From an uncultured bacterium (GTDB taxonomy: Bacteria > Omnitrophota > Omnitrophia > Omnitrophales > Abzuiibacteriaceae), in assembly GCA_964387845.1 (NCBI GenBank), contig CAYLXA010000013.1, forward strand, positions 25,521-89,520: DNA of 64,000 nt, written 5' to 3'. Below, piece by piece: positions 1 through 8,334 of this stretch. Made by a program: the position numbers and the translations under genes. Under the pieces are notes generated by a model, which saw nothing but the letters and a program-made list of their open reading frames with translations, was not told where the DNA came from and made no database searches. Positions within the stretch are counted from its first letter, which is position 1. Each line of letters starts with the position of its first letter.

Positions 1-296
1 TCGTGATAACACTCTAAGATTTGATTTAAAATTTCAAACCGGCCCTTTTCCAAAAGGAGCGAGATGAATTCAATCGTGAGCGCGCTTAGTTTGCCGTGAT
101 TTGTTTTAGCAAGAAGCGATTTTTTTTCTTCAAACGAAATAATTGGATTTTTGAAGAATTGCGCAAATTGCTTATTGTTCTCGATGGCTCCCAGGAAGGC
201 TTTCAGCTCTCCCTCAATCTTCAGCTCGGATTTGGATTGAGCTGCCAATTCAAACAACGCTTTGGCGTATCGGGAGGCAAGTGCGCGGTCTTTCAT
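1..296 (-). CDS. atpH: ATP synthase F1 delta subunit (OSCP), 5' part only. The gene continues past the window start.
   Basis: The reverse-strand translation from the ATG at 296..294 reads MKDRALASRYAKALFELAAQSKSELKIEGELKAFLGAIENNKQF..., which is typical of delta/OSCP. The start overlaps the atpF stop (ATGA). The position after atpF fits the operon order. Confidence 0.7.
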   Translation of the reverse strand, partial: MKDRALASRYAKALFELAAQSKSELKIEGELKAFLGAIENNKQFAQFFKNPIISFEEKKSLLAKTNHGKLSALTIEFISLLLEKGRFEILNQILECYH

Positions 297-811
297 GACT
301 CTACCAGCGGCCCTTTGGTTTCATCGAGTTCCTTGATGAAATCGATAATAAGCTGCTCATCCTTTTTGTCGGTGAGCTTGTCTTTAACGATCCGTTCAGT
401 CGCGGAAAATGCAAGTCCCGCGATTTCCCGGCGCAAAGAAACATGCGCCTTGGCGGTTTCAAGCCGGATATCTTCCTTGGATTTTTCAAGGATTTCCTTG
501 GCTTGATTGCGCGCTTCATCCTGAAGCTGGCGCGATAGTTTTTTGCCTTCCTGGATTACTTGCTCCATTTTGGCGCGCGCTTCTTCTTCGATGTGGCGCA
601 ATTTGTCGTCGTAATCCGACTTCAATTTGGCCAGCTCTGCCTTGGTGGCATCAATTTCGCGAAATCCACCCTCAATTTTCTGTCTTCTGCCTTCGAGCAT
701 TGCCAAAACCGGTTTCCAGACTTTGGCTTTGAGAAACAGAAAAATGATGATGAATGCAAGAAGCTGAACAAAAACTTCTCTTAATTGAATATTCGCTGCG
801 AAAAATTCCAT
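293..811 (-). CDS. atpF: ATP synthase F0 subunit b
   Basis: The 172-aa ORF has one N-terminal TM helix followed by a long charged coiled-coil region rich in E, K, A and R, as in b subunits. It lies in the atpB-atpE-atpF-atpH order. Confidence 0.9.
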   Translation of the reverse strand: MEFFAANIQLREVFVQLLAFIIIFLFLKAKVWKPVLAMLEGRRQKIEGGFREIDATKAELAKLKSDYDDKLRHIEEEARAKMEQVIQEGKKLSRQLQDEARNQAKEILEKSKEDIRLETAKAHVSLRREIAGLAFSATERIVKDKLTDKKDEQLIIDFIKELDETKGPLVES

Positions 812-829
812 GTCAAAGTTTCCGGCAGC

Positions 830-1060
830 TTAGATTTTTCCCATCAATGAAAAGCCAAACACGAGCGCATAAAGCGTCAAAGCTTCGATGAGTGCGCAGC
901 CGGCCATCATGTTAACGAGAATCTTCGTAGAAGCTTCAGGCTGGCGTGCGGTCGCATCCATGGCGGCGGCAACGGCTTTTCCGAGCGCGAAAGCGGAAGC
1001 GAGCGCGGTAACGGCAAGCCCGAGGGGAAGTGCAAATGATAATGCAACTTGAGGTGTCAT
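830..1060 (-). CDS. atpE: ATP synthase F0 subunit c
   Basis: The 76-aa ORF is a two-helix proteolipid. It has a glycine/alanine-rich helix 1, an ARQPE loop and a conserved carboxylate (E) in helix 2. Confidence 0.9.
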   Translation of the reverse strand: MTPQVALSFALPLGLAVTALASAFALGKAVAAAMDATARQPEASTKILVNMMAGCALIEALTLYALVFGFSLMGKI

Positions 1061-1084
1061 GATTTTTATTCTCCTTTATTTTGG

Positions 1085-1945
1085 TTAATGAGCGTGCGCC
1101 GCTTCGGCAGCATGCCCGTGGTGATGATCTTCATGAGGTAAAACAAGTGAAATATACACCGTTGAAAGCAGCATAAACACAAACGCCTGCACCATGCTGA
1201 ACGCAATCGCAAGCACGTTGGCGAATATTTGCAGCAGGAACGGTATTCCCTTAAATAAAACGTTTAACTCCGCAAATTTAAAAAGCAGTTTGTCTTCGCT
1301 GGAAACGTTTGCAAATAAACGAAGCGACAAACTCAGGGGCACGGCAACAAACTCGACTGAAAGATTAATAACGAGCATGAGCGGAATTAAAATGTAGCCA
1401 AACAAATTAGAAGGATTTCCGGCCACATGCTTCAAATAATGCACCGGGCCTTGTGCGCGGATTCCGGTCCATTGAACGTAAGCGGTTGTGAATATTGCAA
1501 GCGCCGCGGTAGTTCCCCAAACCGCCGTTGAAGATTTCATCAGAGGCACTAAACCGCTCCAGTTCATGAGAAGAATGTAAATAAAAACGGTCCCTAAAAA
1601 AGGCACATGCTCGCGGCCCCGGTCTCCGAGAATTCCGGTGACGAAGGTTTCGATGCCTTCAACGAATAATTCCACAAAATTTTGGATGCCTTTCGGGATG
1701 AAGCTTGCTTTTCGGACTGCCGCAACGCCGACGAAAATAATCAATGCCGCCGCTGTCATCGAGAAAATAACGTTTTCCCAGCGGTGCAGGAAATGAACGA
1801 TTTCAGAATCCGGGAAAGTGTTGTTGAGTACGGTAATTAGATTGGCAAGCTCATGATGCGCTTCACCGTGATGGGCGCCGGCCGCTGCGTGATGAACGGC
1901 TTCGGCTGCATGTTCGGCGTGACTTGCGACTTCGTGTTCCGTCAT
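1085..1945 (-). CDS. atpB: ATP synthase F0 subunit a, with unusual histidine-rich N- and C-termini
   Basis: The 286-aa polytopic membrane protein has the conserved a-subunit arginine region (LSLRLFAN). Its N-terminal ~35 aa and C-terminal 16 aa are rich in His and Ala. The true start may be an internal Met. Confidence 0.85.
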   Translation of the reverse strand: MTEHEVASHAEHAAEAVHHAAAGAHHGEAHHELANLITVLNNTFPDSEIVHFLHRWENVIFSMTAAALIIFVGVAAVRKASFIPKGIQNFVELFVEGIETFVTGILGDRGREHVPFLGTVFIYILLMNWSGLVPLMKSSTAVWGTTAALAIFTTAYVQWTGIRAQGPVHYLKHVAGNPSNLFGYILIPLMLVINLSVEFVAVPLSLSLRLFANVSSEDKLLFKFAELNVLFKGIPFLLQIFANVLAIAFSMVQAFVFMLLSTVYISLVLPHEDHHHGHAAEAAHAH

Positions 1946-2145
1946 TTCGAATTCAGATTTTGCTTCAGTTGATGAATTAATTTATATGATTGAAAACCGG
2001 ATCCAACGAGGCCTAAAACCATCAAAATCGGTGTTGTTGGCTTAGGCAGTCCCATATATTTGACAAGCCAAAATTCGCCAAGCAAATATCCGGCCAAAGG
2101 ACCGCTTAAAAGAATCATGGGGAGCGTTATCGCTAACCCCAACAT
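1942..2145 (-). CDS. Small membrane protein upstream of atpB, AtpZ/AtpI-like
   Basis: The ORF-track 147-aa ORF overlaps the upstream permease gene. The plausible start is the internal Met (MLGLAITLPM...), giving ~67 aa with two TM helices. Its stop overlaps the atpB start (ATGA coupling). Confidence 0.45.
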   Translation of the reverse strand: MLGLAITLPMILLSGPLAGYLLGEFWLVKYMGLPKPTTPILMVLGLVGSGFQSYKLIHQLKQNLNSK

Positions 2146-2279
2146 CCACAATAACTTATAAGTATCTTTACTGTTAGTCAAAGGAGCCTTCAAGAAGGTT
2201 TTCAGACCGTCATGAAAGAAGGGTATTATAGTGAAAAAATCAGATAAAAGGAAGTAAAAAAGGAAAAAAGCGCTGATTT

Positions 2280-3686
2280 TTAAAACGTTTCCGGAGCGCC
2301 CGGCATTAAATGAAATTGGGCGTACAAAATAGTCATCGCAACGATGATTGTGATAGTTGATACGACAACACCCGGTTTTATCCAATCCATAAATTTAATA
2401 CTTTGCCCGGTTTCTTTTTCAAGCATACCCATGGCCACAATGTTTGCCGTACTGCCGACCACCGTGAGGTTTCCGTACATGGTGCCGCCGAACAGCATGG
2501 CCCACCAAAACGGAAAGATGTAAACGCCGATTTTTTCGATATCCGCCAGGATCGGGATAAATGTGGCAACCGCCAATACGTTATCCATAAATCCGGTCAA
2601 TAAACAAATTGCAGCCGTAAAAATGTTAAGCAAAAACGTATGGCCGCCGCCGGCGACGCTGATCATGCCTTGCGCGATTTGTTCGGTAACGCCTACGTAT
2701 TTTAAAGTTCCGACGGATGAGAAAAGCGCCAAAAAGAAGGTGAGTGTCCACCAATCTACGCGGCGCATAAAGAATTCACGCGCTTCTCCTGCTTTTAAGA
2801 AAATAGAAACGGCGCCAAAAAAGAGAGCGGTCCCAAGCAGCATCGAATTTTTTTCAAGATGGAGCAATTCCTCAATCGTGTGATGCAGCACAAGGCAGAT
2901 GACGGTGCTCAAAAACAGGATCCAGCACTTCTGAATCCCTGCATTTGTGTAATGCACATGCTTTAATTCGTTCATTTCGCCGCGCTGTTTCTTCATGGCA
3001 TCCTGGAGCTTTTGGATGTCCTTCTTAAAAATGAAGAGGGATAGTCCGATGGTGATCGTTAAAGTCACGACGGAAATAGGCGCTGCCCAGCGGAGAAAAT
3101 CGGCAAACGTAAGGCCGGATCTCATCGCAATCATGACGCCGATCGGGTTGCCGACCGGAGTTGCGCTGGAGCCGATATTGGTTGCAAACACAATCATCAA
3201 AAGAAAGGGAATTGGGTTCACTTTATAGCGCTTGGTGATGTGAAACATGGTGGACATCATGAAAAGGATGGAAGTGACCTCATCCACCAGCGCGGCTGAC
3301 GAAGCGCCTAAGACCATTAAAACCGCCATCATTAGGAATGCTTTTTCGCCGATCCGGTCCACGACTTTCGCAACAACGTACTCAAAAAAGTGGTTTTCTT
3401 CCAAATAACCGATGATTGTCATCATGCCAACTAAAAACAGAATGATGTCTAATCCGGCAAATTCGATGATGTGCGGAGTATCGAGGAGATTGGTGGCCAA
3501 AAGGATTGCAATTCCGGAAAATGCGAACGCAAGCCTGAACTTCCAGTAGAAAAGTGTACCGAGCAGGATTAATAAGAAAATCAGCGTGGCGATGATTTGC
3601 TTTTGGGAAAAAGCAAAATGAGAGAGCGCCAAAGCGGTTCCGATTAAAATTCCGAGTATGATTAAAGGTGTTTTAAGCTTTTCCAT
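2280..3686 (-). CDS. Anion permease of the ArsB/NhaD (DASS/SLC13-like) superfamily
   Basis: The 468-aa polytopic membrane protein has two halves, each with a GSSATPVGNP-type hairpin motif typical of this transporter superfamily. Confidence 0.55.
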   Translation of the reverse strand: MEKLKTPLIILGILIGTALALSHFAFSQKQIIATLIFLLILLGTLFYWKFRLAFAFSGIAILLATNLLDTPHIIEFAGLDIILFLVGMMTIIGYLEENHFFEYVVAKVVDRIGEKAFLMMAVLMVLGASSAALVDEVTSILFMMSTMFHITKRYKVNPIPFLLMIVFATNIGSSATPVGNPIGVMIAMRSGLTFADFLRWAAPISVVTLTITIGLSLFIFKKDIQKLQDAMKKQRGEMNELKHVHYTNAGIQKCWILFLSTVICLVLHHTIEELLHLEKNSMLLGTALFFGAVSIFLKAGEAREFFMRRVDWWTLTFFLALFSSVGTLKYVGVTEQIAQGMISVAGGGHTFLLNIFTAAICLLTGFMDNVLAVATFIPILADIEKIGVYIFPFWWAMLFGGTMYGNLTVVGSTANIVAMGMLEKETGQSIKFMDWIKPGVVVSTITIIVAMTILYAQFHLMPGAPETF

Positions 3687-3780
3687 TTTTTATGCCCAAA
3701 TTCAGAAAGTTAGATTATTACGCGAAAGCAATAAAACGTATCATACGAAAAACTTCTGGGAATGTGAAGAGCTAATTCTC

Positions 3781-5583
3781 TCAGGCCTGCGCGGATTTCG
3801 GGCGCAAGCAAATCAATTCGCTGCCGGCCGGCAGATTGTTATGCGGAATGAGCAACTGAATTCCGTCCGCAGACCATGCAAAAACAGGACAGTCCGGATT
3901 CAGCTTCGTCATTAAATCCTGTGTGATTTTCTGAGAGGATTCTACTTTTTTAACGTAAAGTTCATACTCCCCGCTTTGAAGCAGCCGATCCAAACTGAAT
4001 TGAGTCGGCGCCCCTACCAAAAAGGGTTTTCCCCAAGATGAATCATAATTTTCAGAGGTAACGGCCTGCCAGGAGTCGGTTTTATCCCAAAGCCTGAAGA
4101 CGGAATTTCGGTCTAAATATTTTGTAAACGTTTGGCAGCAGAGAACATTGACTTCATGGTTGGTCGTAACCGCAATCATTTTACCGATGCCTTTTAAGTC
4201 AAGAGACTCAAGAAAATCAATATCAAAGCCGCTGCCCTGATAGATTTCAAGATTTTCGGATCGGGCGCGCTCACAATTAATGAAGCTGACGTCGATCATC
4301 TTGACGTTTACTTTTCGATTTTTGATTTCCCGCGCTAAAAGCAAGCCGGCAGCGGTAGCGCCGACAATCACAATTCCGTTTCGTTTGCCTTCTTTCAGGC
4401 CGAGAATATGCGCAATTAAAATAGAAATAATCGCATAAAAAATAATAGTTCCGGAAATCACAACAAAAGTCAGCGGAAGGAAATAACCTGTGCCGCTCAG
4501 CTCCCTGTGCTCAAATTCGATGGCAAAAAGGGAAGCCAGCGACGCGGAAACAATTCCGCGGGGCGCCATAAAGGACAGGAACGTTTTTTCGCGCCAGTTT
4601 AAAGATTTGTCGGTGGCTGTGCTGATTAAAACAGAGGCCGGGCGAATTAAAAAGATTACAATCGCCGTCAACCAAAGCCCTTCCTGAAAAATATGCTTGG
4701 CTTCCCGGACGGGAACGTTGCTGGCAAGCAGCACGAAGAGAATGGATAAAGCAAACAAAACAACCTGATCTTTGAAATGGTCAATCTGGTCTTTTAGCGG
4801 AACTTTGGCTTGTCCAAAATAAATACCCGCAACCGTTACCGTCACGAGCCCGGATTCTGTCAGCATGAATTCCGAAAATCCATACGAGAGCAAAACCATC
4901 GAAAGCACAAACAAGCCGCCCAACTCTTCACCCTCGGCCCTCAGAAGCCACCGGTTTGTGAGGCCGTTGACCATGACAAACCCTGTGATCCAGCCAAGAA
5001 TCATGCCGAGCGTCAGACGGCCTCCGAGCGCAGCCAGAGAATGCCATATGGTCCCATGCTGCAGGACAAAGAACTCAAAGAGCACGACCGCGACGATGAC
5101 ACCAAGCGGGTCTATTAATATCGCTTCCCATTTTAGAATGTTGTGGATTTTCTCCTGTAATCTCAACCTCCGCAGGATGGGAATCACAACCGTGGGTCCT
5201 GTGACGACCATAATCGCGCCGAAAAGGACGGATTTATCCCACGACAAATGAGCGATGTAATGAGCGCCGGCGGCTGCGCCGACGAGTGTCACGAGCGCGC
5301 CAACAGTCAGCAGGTTCCGCAGAGTTTTCGAAATTTCTCGGAATTGCGAAATCTTCAGGGAAGAACCGCCTTCAAAAAGAATCAAACCGACCAAGAGCGC
5401 AACATAGTCCGGAAAATTAGACTTAAAAACTTGTGGCTGGACCAAATTGGCAAATTCGGGCCCGAGGAGGATACCGAACATGAGAAAGAAAAGAATGCTC
5501 GGGATCCGCATTTTGGAAGCCAAAATGAGCGACAAAATACCGCCGGCAACCGTGAAAATCAGGGTGGTTAAAGGCTGGATCAT
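3781..5583 (-). CDS. Monovalent cation:proton antiporter (CPA1/NhaP-type) fused to a C-terminal RCK/TrkA nucleotide-binding domain
   Basis: The 600-aa protein has an N-terminal ~400-aa multi-TM exchanger domain and a Rossmann-type RCK domain (VIVGATAAGLLLAREI...) at the C-terminus. Confidence 0.75.
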   Translation of the reverse strand: MIQPLTTLIFTVAGGILSLILASKMRIPSILFFLMFGILLGPEFANLVQPQVFKSNFPDYVALLVGLILFEGGSSLKISQFREISKTLRNLLTVGALVTLVGAAAGAHYIAHLSWDKSVLFGAIMVVTGPTVVIPILRRLRLQEKIHNILKWEAILIDPLGVIVAVVLFEFFVLQHGTIWHSLAALGGRLTLGMILGWITGFVMVNGLTNRWLLRAEGEELGGLFVLSMVLLSYGFSEFMLTESGLVTVTVAGIYFGQAKVPLKDQIDHFKDQVVLFALSILFVLLASNVPVREAKHIFQEGLWLTAIVIFLIRPASVLISTATDKSLNWREKTFLSFMAPRGIVSASLASLFAIEFEHRELSGTGYFLPLTFVVISGTIIFYAIISILIAHILGLKEGKRNGIVIVGATAAGLLLAREIKNRKVNVKMIDVSFINCERARSENLEIYQGSGFDIDFLESLDLKGIGKMIAVTTNHEVNVLCCQTFTKYLDRNSVFRLWDKTDSWQAVTSENYDSSWGKPFLVGAPTQFSLDRLLQSGEYELYVKKVESSQKITQDLMTKLNPDCPVFAWSADGIQLLIPHNNLPAGSELICLRPKSAQA

Positions 5584-5589
5584 ATGGCC

Positions 5590-6810
5590 TTAAAGATGAA
5601 TCAGGTCGCCTTCGTGAAAGAGGGAAAGGAATAGGAGTAAGTAATCACGGACGTGGCGAGTCAGAAGAAAATTCTGGCGGACATGTTCACGGCCGTTTTC
5701 GCCTAATTTCTTGGCGTAATCCGGGTTCTGCAAAAGCTGCTTGATTGCATAAGCCGCACCTTCGATACTGTGGCACAGAAGTCCGGAATATTTGTGTGTG
5801 ATTTGAAGCGTAATGCCGCCTACTGCCGATGCAACCATCGGGCAGCCCTTCCATAAAGCTTCCGAAATAGTCAGCCCGAAACCTTCTTTCAAAGACTTTT
5901 GAAGCACCACGGCAGATGCGCGTTGAAGCGCATTAATTTCAAAATCGCTGCCCGAAGGAATTGCAAGAACGTGAATGTCAGGATTGTCCGCCGCCTTCTC
6001 ACGGACTTTGGCGAGGACTTCCATGCCTTCCGGGTCGTCGGTGGCTTCGCCGCCCGCGAGAATCAATTGGCAATCCACATTCCGTCGGACCATTTCGAAT
6101 GCTTCGATGACGCCAACCGGGTCTTTGAGATAATCAAACCTGGAAATTTGTGTCACCATCGGTTTTTCAGGATCCAAATTGAACCGGCTCAAAACACCGT
6201 CAATCTCGTGCTGAGTAAGATCTCTATTTTTCTCACTCAGCGGATCAATGGATGGCGCGATTAAGAATTGATGAATCGGTAATTCCTGGCTGAAAGACGG
6301 CGCCGAAAATACGGAAGCATCGTATTGATTCACAAAAGGCCTTAAAAAATTCCAAACTTGCGGATCCGGATTTGAAACATCAATATGACAGCGCCAAACC
6401 CACTTTCCTTTACGGTCCTTTTTTTGATTAATGAGCGTGATCGGCTGCGGGTCATGAATAAACAAAACATCGCTGTCCATCGGCATGTTTTTGTTATTCA
6501 TTTCGCCGGTTTCAAGAAATACGTCAAAGTCTTCTTTTGTAAAATCTTGCTCTTTTCCGTGAAGCGCGTTGTGGAATTTTTTGGTGACCTTGTAAAATTT
6601 CTCTCCGCCTTTAATCACGTCCCACTTTGCATTAATGCCCAATTCATGAAGCAGGGGAATCATACGGTTTAAAATTTCGGCAACGCCGCCGCCCACAGCC
6701 GTCGAGTTGACATTCTGCACCGTCATGCCCTTTGCTTTTTCGGCAATGACGCGAAGCTCTTCTAATGTTTCAGATCCTACAATTGGTTCGTAGTCTTTCA
6801 AATTCGGCAT
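5590..6810 (-). CDS. treT: Trehalose glycosyltransferring synthase, TreT-like (GT4)
   Basis: The 406-aa protein has motifs I remember from archaeal TreT: NSTAVGGGVAEIL, FHNAL, HDPQP, WRCHID, PSIDPLSEKN, RFDxxKDP, DDPEG and EGFGLTISEALWKG. It is the last gene in the trehalose cluster. Confidence 0.7.
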   Translation of the reverse strand: MPNLKDYEPIVGSETLEELRVIAEKAKGMTVQNVNSTAVGGGVAEILNRMIPLLHELGINAKWDVIKGGEKFYKVTKKFHNALHGKEQDFTKEDFDVFLETGEMNNKNMPMDSDVLFIHDPQPITLINQKKDRKGKWVWRCHIDVSNPDPQVWNFLRPFVNQYDASVFSAPSFSQELPIHQFLIAPSIDPLSEKNRDLTQHEIDGVLSRFNLDPEKPMVTQISRFDYLKDPVGVIEAFEMVRRNVDCQLILAGGEATDDPEGMEVLAKVREKAADNPDIHVLAIPSGSDFEINALQRASAVVLQKSLKEGFGLTISEALWKGCPMVASAVGGITLQITHKYSGLLCHSIEGAAYAIKQLLQNPDYAKKLGENGREHVRQNFLLTRHVRDYLLLFLSLFHEGDLIHL

Positions 6811-6812
6811 CG

Positions 6813-7511
6813 TTATTTGTCCTTTGAATGAGCGGCTGATTTTTGCATGCTTTTCTCTATCAAATGAATAATTTTATCTCTTAAACGCTCAACCGTGTAA
6901 GTGTAAGGATCAAGTTTCGCGATTTTTTTGGCGAGCTCTTTTTCTCCGAGCGAAGTATCAAGCCAATACGAGAAATCGTTGACTCCTTTTTCCAAGCGAA
7001 GACGCGCTTCAAACATATGGAAATAAATAGAATGCACGGTCACTTTTCTTAGAAGCACCGTGAATTCTTCAAGTGAATTGGCGGTATAAGGCGTTTGAAG
7101 AATAAAGCTGACGGATTTAATAAAGTGAAAATCGCGGCCTTCCGGAACATCGTTTAATCGCCTCTTTGATTTTGACAGATAAGTTTCGATGGTGGCGATG
7201 ATTTTTTCCCGCAGCTCTCGAATGGTGTGGTATTCGATGGTGTTAATGCTGGCCAATTTTTCACCCAGCTCTTTGTCGTTTAAAACCTCGCTGACCCAAT
7301 AAGCAAAATCATTCGGCGGTTCCGGGTTTAAAAACTGATGCTGTTTCAGAAAATGATGTGTGTGATGGTAAATCACCGATCCAGGGACGGCCTTGATGTG
7401 TTCGAGGAGTTGAACGAGATTTTTTGCTTTCAAACCCGTCAATTCCGGCAGGTGAACACGCGTATAAAAAGAAAACGGCGCAAGTGCTTTATGCATTTCT
7501 GATTCTGACAT
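6813..7511 (-). CDS. Hypothetical protein with an internal tandem duplication of a ~90-aa domain
   Basis: The 232-aa ORF is wedged between otsB and treT. Its two halves align: FAYWVSEVLNDKELGEKLASINTIEYHTIRELREKII with FSYWLDTSLGEKELAKKIAKLDPYTYTVERLRDKII. An alternative start lies at 7496. Confidence 0.5.
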   Translation of the reverse strand: MSESEMHKALAPFSFYTRVHLPELTGLKAKNLVQLLEHIKAVPGSVIYHHTHHFLKQHQFLNPEPPNDFAYWVSEVLNDKELGEKLASINTIEYHTIRELREKIIATIETYLSKSKRRLNDVPEGRDFHFIKSVSFILQTPYTANSLEEFTVLLRKVTVHSIYFHMFEARLRLEKGVNDFSYWLDTSLGEKELAKKIAKLDPYTYTVERLRDKIIHLIEKSMQKSAAHSKDK

Positions 7512-8334
7512 AGCTTTTTGTCCGGTTGTTTTTAAATTTTCTTAGGTCACGGATTAGTTTTAAAAAATCAGATACTTCAACTGGTGTCGTCAAAAAATAT
7601 TCAGCATGCGTTGATTCGTCTAACCGGTTTGTAACACGAATTCCCAACCCCATTTTGTTTTTTCCCAACACACTGAGCGCGTCTTCGTCGGTCCTGTCAT
7701 CGCCAATATAAATCGGAAACGTTTTCATGCTTGTATGGGCCATCAATCTGGCGATAATCCATAATACCGCAGCACCTTTATTCCATGCAAGCTCTGGCCG
7801 GATTTCCCAGACTTTTTTGCCTTCGGTCAGGACAACATGTTTTTCATTGACATAAGGCCGTACAACTTCCATGAAAATCTGTTTTGCTTTATCAATCTTG
7901 TCATGTGCGAGCAGCCGGTAATGAACGGCGATGCTGAACTTTTTATTTTCTACGATAACGCCCCGCATCTTTATTTTGTTTTTTAATTTCGCCGCAATTT
8001 CTAAAAAGAGCTTCTCTTTGATCACGGCATCCGGGTGGGTGTAAGTGATCCGCGGACCTTGGATTTCAAGGCCGTGATTCCCGACATAAATAATGTCTGG
8101 AACATTTACCAGTTTTTTAACATCATCAACGTGCCGGCCGCTGACGATCGAAACCCGGACGTTCTCGAGTTCGGTCAAATCTTCGAGTACTTGTCGATTC
8201 GGCTTCAATAACTTTGCTTGCCAGGGCTTGTCTTTGATGGCGGTTAAAGTTCCGTCGTAGTCCAAGAAAAGCATCAAGTAACAATTTTGGATTTGACCCG
8301 AAATTTCATTCCAATGTTTGAACAAATGCTTCAT
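7489..8334 (-). CDS. otsB: Trehalose-6-phosphate phosphatase (HAD superfamily)
   Basis: The 281-aa protein has the HAD motif I, LFLDYDGTL, and follows otsA directly. Confidence 0.8.
   Translation of the reverse strand: MKHLFKHWNEISGQIQNCYLMLFLDYDGTLTAIKDKPWQAKLLKPNRQVLEDLTELENVRVSIVSGRHVDDVKKLVNVPDIIYVGNHGLEIQGPRITYTHPDAVIKEKLFLEIAAKLKNKIKMRGVIVENKKFSIAVHYRLLAHDKIDKAKQIFMEVVRPYVNEKHVVLTEGKKVWEIRPELAWNKGAAVLWIIARLMAHTSMKTFPIYIGDDRTDEDALSVLGKNKMGLGIRVTNRLDESTHAEYFLTTPVEVSDFLKLIRDLRKFKNNRTKSYVRIRNA

Noticed and set aside
96-784. Plus-strand ORFs 96..506, 409..732 and 560..784 overlapping atpH and atpF
   Set aside because: They are antisense to well-supported ATP synthase genes. Their translations are low complexity and have no recognisable motifs.
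2378-2385. Upstream 240 nt of the 1942..2385 ORF (MDKTGCCRINYHNHRCDDYF...)
   Set aside because: It overlaps the 3' end of the permease gene at 2280..3686. Only the distal two-TM part, starting at the Met at 2145, looks like a real small membrane protein.
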